Below are positions 7,145 through 14,911 of a DNA stretch of 41,932 bases, piece after piece. The DNA is taken from the NCBI GenBank assembly GCA_046262915.1, contig JBHELW010000319.1:1-41932 (forward strand), read 5' to 3'. The stretch is from Mycobacteriales bacterium (GTDB taxonomy: Bacteria; Actinomycetota; Actinomycetes; BP-191). Each line of letters opens with the position of its first letter. The stretch's first letter is position 1. The position numbers and the translations under genes were made by a program. The notes under the pieces were generated by a model, which had not been told where the DNA came from, ran no database searches, and worked only from the letters and a program-made list of their open reading frames with translations.

Positions 7145-7407
7145 CACGCGAATTCCCCGAGGGAGACATCGATGAACTGCTCGAGGACTCGACCGAGATC
7201 GACTCGCAGCCGTGGCGTCATGGCCGCAAGGTCCGCCTGGTGTTCGAGGCAGATGGCGCGCACTGGGCCGCGTGGTTCGACTCGCACCACGATGAGGGCA
7301 TCCAGACCTACGGCCCGGTGAAGGCGGTCAAGGTCCACCAGGTCGAGCGCACGGTAAAGGTGTGGGAGAAGGTGCCCGACCCGGCGCCAGAGGGGTCGGC
7401 GCCGTGA
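7141..7407 (+). CDS. Hypothetical protein (88 aa)
   Basis: GTGA overlap start inside ORF 6673..7407. Protein-like only from this point on. Confidence 0.55.
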   Translation: MTREFPEGDIDELLEDSTEIDSQPWRHGRKVRLVFEADGAHWAAWFDSHHDEGIQTYGPVKAVKVHQVERTVKVWEKVPDPAPEGSAP

Positions 7408-7646
7408 AGCTGGACCTCGACGAGATCGAGCGCGAGCACCGTGAACAGGCCGACGAGGGGCACAGCTACTACCCGCACTGCGGCCCGGAGGTCGTGCTCG
7501 CCCTGGTCGCAATCGCGCGCGCCGCCGAGCGGTTCGTCGACCAGCAGGGCAAGCGTGTGCTCGACCGCGAGCTCATGGGCACGGCCGACTTCGAGGGCGA
7601 CCTGTTCGTCGAGCTGGTCAAGGCGCTCGAGGCGGCCGGCCGATGA
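7404..7646 (+). CDS. Hypothetical protein (80 aa)
   Basis: GTGA overlap start inside ORF 7362..7646. Confidence 0.55.
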   Translation: MKLDLDEIEREHREQADEGHSYYPHCGPEVVLALVAIARAAERFVDQQGKRVLDRELMGTADFEGDLFVELVKALEAAGR

Positions 7647-8557
7647 AGCCCGTCCCCGCCATCGTCGAGCCGGCGCAGGTCGACGTCGACGCCGCGGCCG
7701 AGCACATCATCGTGTCGCTCGCCGGCGAGAAAGACGCCGACCGCACCGCCGTTCGTCACGAGGGACTCGCCGCCGCAGCGCGCGAGACCGCGAAGCTCCG
7801 TCGCCTCGAGGTCGGCCGCTGGCTGAACAAGGTCCGCCCGACGTGGCCTGCGAGCGGCCCGAAGGCGCGCGGGTGGAGCGAGTTCCTCGCGCGCGTCGGT
7901 CTCGACGACTCGACCGCGGTGCGGTACATGGACGCGGCCCGGACCAGCACGGTCCACGGCGAGCCGCCCCGGCCGAGTTCTCCACAGGATCCGGCTCACG
8001 GCCGCCAGGTGAGCCAGATCTCGGGTGAGGCGCCGCCGGGCGACGTCGCGCCGGTGCTCTCGCTGGTGCCGAGCCCGGACGCCGAGGTCGAGATCGACCG
8101 CGACACGTGGTGCACCCCGCCGTGGCTCACCGAGCCGCTCGGACGATTCGACCTGGATCCGTGCAGCAACGAGCGCTCGCAGGTGCAGGCCGCGACGACG
8201 TTCGTGCTCGACCTCGGCATCGACGGGCTGGCTCGCGGCGAGGACGTCAACCCGGGCTGGCGCGTGTTCATCAACCCGCCCTACAGCGACGTGCCGCCCT
8301 GGATCGCCGCGTACAAGCACACGCGGTTCTGCTTCCTGCTCAAGCTCGACACCAGCACGAAGTGGTTCGCCGAGCTCCACGCGGCGAGCGCGCTGATCCT
8401 GATCCCTCGCCGCCGCGTGAACTTCATCCCGCCGCCGGGCGTGCCGCCCGAGCGAGCGGTCGCCCAGCAGTTCCCGCATGCGCTGTTCTACGCCAACGCC
8501 GAGGACGCGACCGACGCGATCCGCGCGATGTGCTGGAGCTGGCGCGTCGACCACTGA
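7643..8557 (+). CDS. Phage Dam-type DNA N6-adenine methyltransferase with N-terminal DNA-binding-like domain
   Basis: WCTPPW, FDLDPCSN and VFINPPYSDVPPW blocks are typical of the phage Dam family. ATGA overlap start. Confidence 0.8.
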   Translation: MKPVPAIVEPAQVDVDAAAEHIIVSLAGEKDADRTAVRHEGLAAAARETAKLRRLEVGRWLNKVRPTWPASGPKARGWSEFLARVGLDDSTAVRYMDAARTSTVHGEPPRPSSPQDPAHGRQVSQISGEAPPGDVAPVLSLVPSPDAEVEIDRDTWCTPPWLTEPLGRFDLDPCSNERSQVQAATTFVLDLGIDGLARGEDVNPGWRVFINPPYSDVPPWIAAYKHTRFCFLLKLDTSTKWFAELHAASALILIPRRRVNFIPPPGVPPERAVAQQFPHALFYANAEDATDAIRAMCWSWRVDH

Positions 8558-8581
8558 CACCTGACCCGAGAAAGGAACGCC

Positions 8582-8881
8582 ATGGCACCGAAGCAAGAAG
8601 GACTCCCCGGTATCCCGCAACCGCCCAAGCGCAAGGTGATCGACGAGATCGAGGACCTGTGCCTCGACATCGACAAGGACGCCGGGAAGCGCACCGCGAT
8701 CAGCGACAAGATCGCCGAGAAGAACGCGACCCGCCAGGGGCTGCTCGTCAAGCACAAGCTCGACGTCTACACCTACGAGGATACGAACGGCGTGCTCCAG
8801 GACGTGCAGCTCGAGAAGGTCATCAAGAAGCGCAAGAGCAAGCTCAACCCGAAGAAGCCCAAGAAGGGCGACGACGAGTGA
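8582..8881 (+). CDS. Lys-rich hypothetical protein
   Basis: Own RBS (GAGAAAGGAA) and visibly lower GC than neighbouring genes. C-terminus is KKRKSKLNPKKPKKGDDE. Confidence 0.65.
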   Translation: MAPKQEGLPGIPQPPKRKVIDEIEDLCLDIDKDAGKRTAISDKIAEKNATRQGLLVKHKLDVYTYEDTNGVLQDVQLEKVIKKRKSKLNPKKPKKGDDE

Positions 8882-9075
8882 TCGCTCGCCGCCGCATCCT
8901 CGCCCGGCGCGAGCTCGGCCCGGCGCTGCAGCACGCGAGCGCCACGACGCCCGGCGACCAGTGCCCCGCGACCATCGAGCTCGACGGCACGATCTACCGG
9001 TGCGGGCGCGGACACGTCGACGGGATCCACGACGCGTTCCGCGAGCACCACGATGGCGGGGCTGTCCGGTGGTAG
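8878..9075 (+). CDS. Hypothetical small protein
   Basis: GTGA overlap start inside ORF 8107..9075. Confidence 0.45.
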   Translation: MIARRRILARRELGPALQHASATTPGDQCPATIELDGTIYRCGRGHVDGIHDAFREHHDGGAVRW

Positions 9076-9578
9076 ACCCCGCCGAGCACATCCTGGTCGA
9101 CGCGCTCGGCGATCCCGAAGCGGCGCCCGCGAAGAAGCGCCGCAAGTCGTCGATCTCGCCGACCAGCAGGACGCTCGCCGAGTGCCGCAAGCGCGGGTGG
9201 ATCGCGCAGGTGGTCGAGCAGCACCTGCCGTTCCCGAAGCCGTTCGGGACGAAGCGCGACCTGTTCGGGGTGATCGACATCGTGGCGATCTGCCCGGGAT
9301 GCCCGTCAGACTTCAGTGATGCGCCGTTCATCGGGAGGCCCAGCATCGTCGCCATCCAGGCCACGTCAGCGCTGACCGGCGGCAACCACGCCGCGCGGCG
9401 CGCGAAGATCCTCGCCGAGCCGCGCGCCAAGGCGTGGGTCGAAGCGGGCGGGCGGCTCGAGCTGTGGTCGTGGAGCAAGCGCGGCGACCGGGGCAAGGCC
9501 AAGCGGTGGACCTTGCGCGTCGAGGCGTTCACGGCCGAGAGCTGGAGCGGCGCGGCGGCCGAGGTCAGCGAGGGCTGA
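9069..9578 (+). CDS. PD-(D/E)xK-fold nuclease, Holliday-junction-resolvase-like
   Basis: The pattern TLAECRKRGW...RDLFGVIDIVAI...IVAIQATS resembles Hjc/phage resolvase cores. Start is GTG 9069 inside ORF 8961..9578; the upstream part is Arg-rich junk. Confidence 0.45.
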   Translation: MVDPAEHILVDALGDPEAAPAKKRRKSSISPTSRTLAECRKRGWIAQVVEQHLPFPKPFGTKRDLFGVIDIVAICPGCPSDFSDAPFIGRPSIVAIQATSALTGGNHAARRAKILAEPRAKAWVEAGGRLELWSWSKRGDRGKAKRWTLRVEAFTAESWSGAAAEVSEG

Positions 9579-9988
9579 TGGCGAAGCGGCAGTCGCGGCG
9601 CACGATCAGCGTCCAGCGCGAGCTCTACATCGCGCTCGACGCCCTGGCCGCCCGCGAGCGAATCCCGCTCTCGCAGCTCGCCGGCCAGGCGATCGCCGCG
9701 TTGCTCTCCGGCCGCGTGCCGATCGAGCCGGCGCGCTCTTCGTACGAGCTCGGCGTCGCGGTCCGGCAGCTGCGAGCCCAGCGGGCGCCGCGACGCCCGA
9801 TCGTCGCGCTGCCCCAGCCACCCGCCGACCCGATCGGCGCCTGCGCCAACTGCGGCCGCGACGACCTGCCGGTGAAGGCCACGCAGTTCGACGCGGGCGG
9901 TCCGACGTACCTGATCTGCACGGCCTGCAACGACCAACCGCCGCCCGATCGACCGCGGCGGCGCCGGCGCGCCGAGGCGAGCGCATGA
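9578..9988 (+). CDS. Ribbon-helix-helix (CopG-like) protein with C-terminal zinc ribbon
   Basis: RTISVQRELYIALDALAARERIPLSQLAGQAI, then CANCG...CTAC. TGATG junction. Confidence 0.55.
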   Translation: MAKRQSRRTISVQRELYIALDALAARERIPLSQLAGQAIAALLSGRVPIEPARSSYELGVAVRQLRAQRAPRRPIVALPQPPADPIGACANCGRDDLPVKATQFDAGGPTYLICTACNDQPPPDRPRRRRRAEASA

Positions 9989-10350
9989 TCAACACCGACT
10001 TCGACCCGGTGTACGGCTGCGAGCTGGCGATCGGCCGGCGCGACAAGGACGGCTACGTGTTCGCGGGCGAGCGGCGCGCGCACCTCGTCGCCTGGGATCG
10101 AGCGCACGGCCCCGTAGCCGACGGGTTCGAGCTCGACCACACCTGCCGGCGTCGCGCGTGCTGCTCGCTCGACCACCTCGAGCTCGTCACCCGCCGCGAG
10201 AACGAGCTGCGCAAGCGCTGGTCACATCGCACGCGGATCGCCAGCTGTCCGCGCGGTCACCGGCTGAGCGAGACGGCGATCGTCACGCCCGAAGGCGGGA
10301 GGGTCTGTAGAACGTGCCGCGACCTCGCAGTGCAGGAGCAGCAGCTGTGA
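9985..10350 (+). CDS. HNH endonuclease
   Basis: ELDHTCRRRACCSLDHLELVTRRENELRK, plus CPRGH...CRTC. Confidence 0.8.
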   Translation: MINTDFDPVYGCELAIGRRDKDGYVFAGERRAHLVAWDRAHGPVADGFELDHTCRRRACCSLDHLELVTRRENELRKRWSHRTRIASCPRGHRLSETAIVTPEGGRVCRTCRDLAVQEQQL

Positions 10351-10522
10351 CCGGCTCCGAGCGCGCGAGCACTGCGTCTCTCAGCACGGGCGGCAGCGGT
10401 ACATGCAGAGAAGAACGCGCGCACCCGAATCGTGTCAATCCCCAGGCGAGCGATCCCCGGAGGGCCACCCCCTTGGAGGCCACCCCGGCTGCGGGCGCGC
10501 GCAGCTGCTCGCGAGATCTCCT

Positions 10523-10924
10523 ATGAAAAACCCAAAATCAGGTTCAAAACGCGATCGATCGCCCTCAGCGGCGCCGGATCCGGGCCCTCCGAGGACCACG
10601 CCGACCCTCGAGGGCGTCAACCAGGCCGCGATCGAGACCATGGCCCTCGGCGTCGACGCGATCCGGGCCGAGATCGAGCGCGTTCGCACCGGCAAGCTCG
10701 GCAAGAGCAAGCGCGACCCCGGCTCGCTGGTCGCGTCCCTCGCCTCGAAGGCCGGCGCGATCTACGAGGCGACGCGCAAAGCCGAGGCCGCGCGCCTGAA
10801 ACGCCTCGAATCCATCACCCCGGCGCTGGTCCTGCAGTGGTTCCGCCAGCTCGACCGCGCCGATCGCGAACACATCTTACGCGAGCTCTCGGTGATCGAG
10901 AGCCGCAGAAGTGGACTTGCATGA
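10523..10924 (+). CDS. Hypothetical protein; weak small-terminase candidate
   Basis: First gene after the 172-bp gap downstream of HNH. Basic N-terminus and helical body. No motif recognised. Confidence 0.3.
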   Translation: MKNPKSGSKRDRSPSAAPDPGPPRTTPTLEGVNQAAIETMALGVDAIRAEIERVRTGKLGKSKRDPGSLVASLASKAGAIYEATRKAEAARLKRLESITPALVLQWFRQLDRADREHILRELSVIESRRSGLA

Positions 10925-11364
10925 CCTGGCAGATCAAAGTCCGCACCGCGCCCGGCGCCCTGGTCGCCGCCGAGTACGAGTGCCCGGTGCATGGCCGGTT
11001 CGCCGTGGACGTGCCGCGCGGCGAGAACGGCGATCCGCCGGCCGAGTGGCCGTGCGCCGCCCCGATGTATCCCGGTCCCGGCGCGTCCGTCGACTACGCG
11101 TTCGCGCTAGCGATGCCGATGCGGCGCGAAGACTATGGCACGTGCGGCACGCCCTCGCCGCACGTCATCTCCGCGCCGGCGCGCTGCAAAGTGCGCCTCG
11201 TCGAAGCAGTCCGCGGGCGCGATCAGAAGCCCGAGCACAAGACCTGGACCGACATGACCAACCTGATGGAGGGTCAACCCGTGGACGAGTGGCGCGAGGA
11301 CCGCGAGCGCAAGGTCTGGGACGAGGAGCGGCACAAGGCCGTGAAGGAGATCCTCAATGGTTGA
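10921..11364 (+). CDS. Hypothetical protein
   Basis: ATGA overlap start inside ORF 10432..11364. Confidence 0.55.
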   Translation: MTWQIKVRTAPGALVAAEYECPVHGRFAVDVPRGENGDPPAEWPCAAPMYPGPGASVDYAFALAMPMRREDYGTCGTPSPHVISAPARCKVRLVEAVRGRDQKPEHKTWTDMTNLMEGQPVDEWREDRERKVWDEERHKAVKEILNG

Positions 11365-11629
11365 GATGGGTCGCGGAACGTTCCGCATCTACTTCAACCG
11401 CCACGGCGCGGCGCCGCTGGTCTGGTGCGTGGCCACCGACGAGTGGGAGCTCGCGGTCGCCGCCGTGTCGATCCGGACGGCGGCCGGCACGCGGTACGAG
11501 CCCAAGGCGACCCCCGACGGCGAGGACGGCAAGCCGAGCGCCTGGATCGTGGCCGCCGGCGTACTCGCGCTGAACGGCAGCGAGGCGATCATCATCGGCG
11601 GATCCGACCCGGAGATCGCCGAGCGATGA
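11357..11629 (+). CDS. Hypothetical protein
   Basis: ORF 11357..11629 with an 8-nt overlap with the upstream gene. Confidence 0.55.
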   Translation: MVEMGRGTFRIYFNRHGAAPLVWCVATDEWELAVAAVSIRTAAGTRYEPKATPDGEDGKPSAWIVAAGVLALNGSEAIIIGGSDPEIAER

Positions 11630-12171
11630 AGGTCTACGGCCTCGCCGACCTCTCGCCCGGCTCCGACGATCGCGCGTTCGTCATCGCGACCTGGTCGAGC
11701 TCCTACAAGAGCTCGCACTTCGCCGGGATGATCGCGGCCGAGGACTGGGCCACGGTGATGCACGCCCAGATCGGCAAGCTGCTCGACCGGCCTGACACCC
11801 GCACGCTGGTCGCCCGCGGCGGCCGCGACTTCCTGTACGGGTTCATCGCCGGTGACCCGGACCTGCGCGTGACCCTGAGCGAGCCCGCCGGAGGGCGTCG
11901 GTGGGTCGACGTCGAGTACGTCGGGGTCGTGCACTACGTCTACGTCAAGGACGCATTCCGCAGCGAGGCGCACCCGGATGGCTCGCGGGGCGGCCCGCGG
12001 ATCGCCCGCGGACTACTCGGCGCGCTCGGAATCGAGCCCGCGCAGCCGTTCCTCTACACCTGCCGGACCGGGGTCGTCGCCCGGCTGCAGGAGAAGATCC
12101 CCCGCGCCCGCTTCGCCCCCGCGGCGGCGCGATACACCAACTACCGGGACCACCAACATGAGCAACGATAA
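11626..12171 (+). CDS. GNAT-like acetyltransferase-fold protein
   Basis: ATGA overlap. VHYVYVKDAFR followed by RGGPRIARGLLGALG resembles GNAT motif A. Confidence 0.4.
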   Translation: MKVYGLADLSPGSDDRAFVIATWSSSYKSSHFAGMIAAEDWATVMHAQIGKLLDRPDTRTLVARGGRDFLYGFIAGDPDLRVTLSEPAGGRRWVDVEYVGVVHYVYVKDAFRSEAHPDGSRGGPRIARGLLGALGIEPAQPFLYTCRTGVVARLQEKIPRARFAPAAARYTNYRDHQHEQR

Positions 12172-12475
12172 CCGCGATCGCCCGCGCGCCGCCGCGCCCC
12201 TCCTCGAGCCCATCCGGGTGCGCGAGCTGTGGTTCTTCATGCCCGGCGGCCCGCCTCTGCCGATGTCGAACAGCGGCGGCGGCCGCGGCAAGATCGCGGC
12301 GCGCGAGAAAGAGGGCACGCGGATCACGATCCAGTTCGAGCCCTGGCTGCGGCACCATCGCGTGCGTGAGGTCGTCCACGGCAAGCTGAAGGTCGAGTTC
12401 TGCATCCCCGAGTCGGCGGTCGTCTACGTTCCCGAGGACCAGCCGGCCGAGCCGGAACCGGAGCGCAAGGCGTGA
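12158..12475 (+). CDS. Hypothetical protein
   Basis: ATG 12158 inside ORF 11978..12475. Confidence 0.5.
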   Translation: MSNDNRDRPRAAAPLLEPIRVRELWFFMPGGPPLPMSNSGGGRGKIAAREKEGTRITIQFEPWLRHHRVREVVHGKLKVEFCIPESAVVYVPEDQPAEPEPERKA

Positions 12476-12990
12476 TCCGGCTCGCCACCATCGTGAGCAC
12501 CGCAGATGCCGGCGCGGCGCGCGGCGCGCTCGAGGGCGCCATCGAGCTCGAGCTCGGCGCCGGCGGCTGGACGGCAGCCGAGGACCTGCCCGCGATCTTC
12601 GCCGAGCGCACGAAGCGCACGGTCTCGCCGCGGATGGCCGCCCGGCTGAACGTCCAGGACAGCGACGGCACCCTGATCGTGTCCTTCCGGTCCGATCTCG
12701 CGCCCGGCACCCCGGTGGCGTACGTGGACCAGGCCATCGAGCAGCAGCGCAAGCCGGCGCTGCACGTCGTGCTGCCCGCCGGCGAGCGATCGCGGGTCAC
12801 AGAGGACCTGCGCAAGGGCGTCGTGGCCTGGCTCGCGGAAGAGAAGATCAACACGCTGCACGTCACCGGGCCGCGCGAGGTCGACGAGCCGGGCATCCAG
12901 CAGGCCACGCGGGACGCGCTGGTGTGGCTGCTCGAGGACGAGCTCGCGCCGGCGATCGGCGCCGCGCCGCAGCCCGCTGCCGGGGGCTGA
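12472..12990 (+). CDS. YpsA-like SLOG-family protein (putative molybdenum-carrier family) with degenerate GGQTG motif
   Basis: NVQDSDGTLIV, QRKPALHV, and VAWLAEEKINTLHVTGPREVDEPGI match the family blocks. The N-terminal IVSTADAGAARGALEGAIELELGAGGW aligns to ISGGQTGADRAAL..GGW. Confidence 0.65.
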   Translation: MIRLATIVSTADAGAARGALEGAIELELGAGGWTAAEDLPAIFAERTKRTVSPRMAARLNVQDSDGTLIVSFRSDLAPGTPVAYVDQAIEQQRKPALHVVLPAGERSRVTEDLRKGVVAWLAEEKINTLHVTGPREVDEPGIQQATRDALVWLLEDELAPAIGAAPQPAAGG

Positions 12991-14651
12991 TGGCCGGTCG
13001 CCGGCCCCGCGCCGAGCCGCACGAGCGCGTGAAGGCCGAGCGGCGCGTGCTTTCGCCTGACGAGCGCTGGGCTACCGAGATCCGCGAGCGCATCCTCGCC
13101 GACTGCCACCCGTTCCAGCGCGCCGCCGTCGAGGATCCGTCGCGCCGCGTGTCGATCCTGGCTGGCCGCGGCGGCGCCAAGACGACGACGCTGCGGTGTC
13201 GCGCAGCGATCAAGCTCACGTCGATCCGCGAGGCGGAGATCCTGTTCTTCGCCCGGACCAAGGGCCACGCCAAGAAGCTCTACTGGAACCCGCTCCAGCG
13301 GATGAACGAGCACTACGGGCTCAAGTTGAGGTTCAAGGAGAGCGAGCAGACGGCCACCTGCACGCGCACCGGCAGCGTCATCACGATCAAGGGGATGGAG
13401 GATGACTCGGACATCGAGATCCACCGCGGCTACCCGTTCAACGAGGTCCAGGTCGACGAGGCGGCGAGCCATCCGGTAGCTCGCGTCGCGAAGCTCAAGG
13501 ACGAGATCGTCGGCCCGCGACTCGGCGAGCGCGGAGGCTGTTTCGTGCTCGCCGGAACCGCCGGATTCGATCTGAAGGGCGACTTCTACGACGCGACGTT
13601 CCCGGGCTCGAAGGAGCACGCGCGGTACGTCGATCGCGGAAACGAGGGGTACGAGGAGCGCTACTGGTCCTCCCACTACTGGACCGCGAAGATGGTCTAC
13701 GAGCTGCCGCGAGCTCGGCAGCTCTACCCGGCGATCGCCTCGAACTGGGAGGAGGCGCTCCTCGAAAAGACCAAGAAGGGCTGGTCCGACGACAACCCGA
13801 TCTGGCTGCGCGAGTACATCGCGCAGTGGGCCGCGAACGACACCAACATGGTGTTCCACTACCGGCCCGAGCTGAATCAGTGGGACCCGTTCGGCGGCGC
13901 GAAGCTCGAGGGGATTCAGGGCCTGGTGATCGCGCTCGCGAAGCTCCGCGAGATGGGGCTGGTCGACCTGCGGTTCGTCTACGGCGGCGACATGGGAACC
14001 GCTCTTCCGTACGCGCTGAACATCTTCGCGTTCTCGCCGAAGGATGCGAAGCGCGGCATCTGGCACGTGATGTTCTTCGAGCGGACCGGGATGCACGCGC
14101 GTCCGATCGCCGAGCTCCACATGGGGCCCGAGGCGGCCGAGCGAGCGTTCCTCCACCGGCCGGCTGAGCCGTACGCGGGCGCGCTCGGCGTCACCGGCTG
14201 GCCCGACGCGCAGGTGATGGACACCGATCTCGCCACGCTGGCCGAACTGACGAACACCTACGGCCTGCCCTACAAGAAGGCGGAGAAGAACCCACACTAC
14301 AAGAAGGGCGCGATCGAGCTCACCAACGGCGACCTGATCGACAGCCGGATCCACGTGATCAAGGGCTCGCCGCTCGAGGACCAGCTGACCAGCCTGCAGT
14401 GGCGCGAGAACCGCTTCGGGCACGTCGAGGAGGATCAGCGCCAGGCATCCCACAGCTCGGACACCCTGGTGTACGGCCGCAAGGAGATCGCCGGACTGTT
14501 CGAATCCGGCGCGGTCGAGCAGGAAGCTGGCCCCGGCGCCCCGACCCCGCCCCAGCCCGTGACGCGCCGCGAGCCGGGGATCTATAGCCAACCCGCGGGG
14601 GGTGGCTTGAGTACGACGCGCCGCCCTGTAGATCCTTGGCGCAAGCTGTGA
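12990..14651 (+). CDS. terL: Terminase large subunit
   Basis: Walker A-like ILAGRGGAKTT and Walker B-like EVQVDEA. 553 aa, with the portal gene downstream. Confidence 0.85.
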   Translation: MAGRRPRAEPHERVKAERRVLSPDERWATEIRERILADCHPFQRAAVEDPSRRVSILAGRGGAKTTTLRCRAAIKLTSIREAEILFFARTKGHAKKLYWNPLQRMNEHYGLKLRFKESEQTATCTRTGSVITIKGMEDDSDIEIHRGYPFNEVQVDEAASHPVARVAKLKDEIVGPRLGERGGCFVLAGTAGFDLKGDFYDATFPGSKEHARYVDRGNEGYEERYWSSHYWTAKMVYELPRARQLYPAIASNWEEALLEKTKKGWSDDNPIWLREYIAQWAANDTNMVFHYRPELNQWDPFGGAKLEGIQGLVIALAKLREMGLVDLRFVYGGDMGTALPYALNIFAFSPKDAKRGIWHVMFFERTGMHARPIAELHMGPEAAERAFLHRPAEPYAGALGVTGWPDAQVMDTDLATLAELTNTYGLPYKKAEKNPHYKKGAIELTNGDLIDSRIHVIKGSPLEDQLTSLQWRENRFGHVEEDQRQASHSSDTLVYGRKEIAGLFESGAVEQEAGPGAPTPPQPVTRREPGIYSQPAGGGLSTTRRPVDPWRKL

Positions 14652-14911
14652 CCGCCCAGGAAGCTGCCGAGCTGCTCGATACCATCGCGGATCGCGCCCC
14701 CAAGCTGCGCGCGGCCGGGGTGTTCGGCGAGGTCAGGCTCGGCGACATCGTGTTCATCGTCGCGCCGGCGGACCCCGGCCCCGGCCTCGCCGAGGAGAGG
14801 CCGCTGATCGATCCGCTCAAGGATCCGGCGACGCACGGCCACTTCGGGCGCGGCGCCGCGGATCGTGTCCCCCGGTTCACGCGGACGCCGCTCATCCCGG
14901 GTGAGAAGTGA
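14648..14911 (+). CDS. Hypothetical small protein between terminase and portal
   Basis: GTGA overlap start (track start is TTG 14636). Confidence 0.5.
   Translation: MTAQEAAELLDTIADRAPKLRAAGVFGEVRLGDIVFIVAPADPGPGLAEERPLIDPLKDPATHGHFGRGAADRVPRFTRTPLIPGEK

Noticed and set aside
7469-9937. Very long antisense ORFs: 7469..9937, 5073..6488, 12324..14591, 14359..16872, 19311..21098 and 26532..27974, all on the minus strand.
   Set aside because: These are shadow ORFs expected at about 70% GC. They lie opposite well-supported, motif-bearing plus-strand genes. They translate to Arg/Gly/Pro/Ala-rich nonsense and lack the ATGA/GTGA junction pattern.
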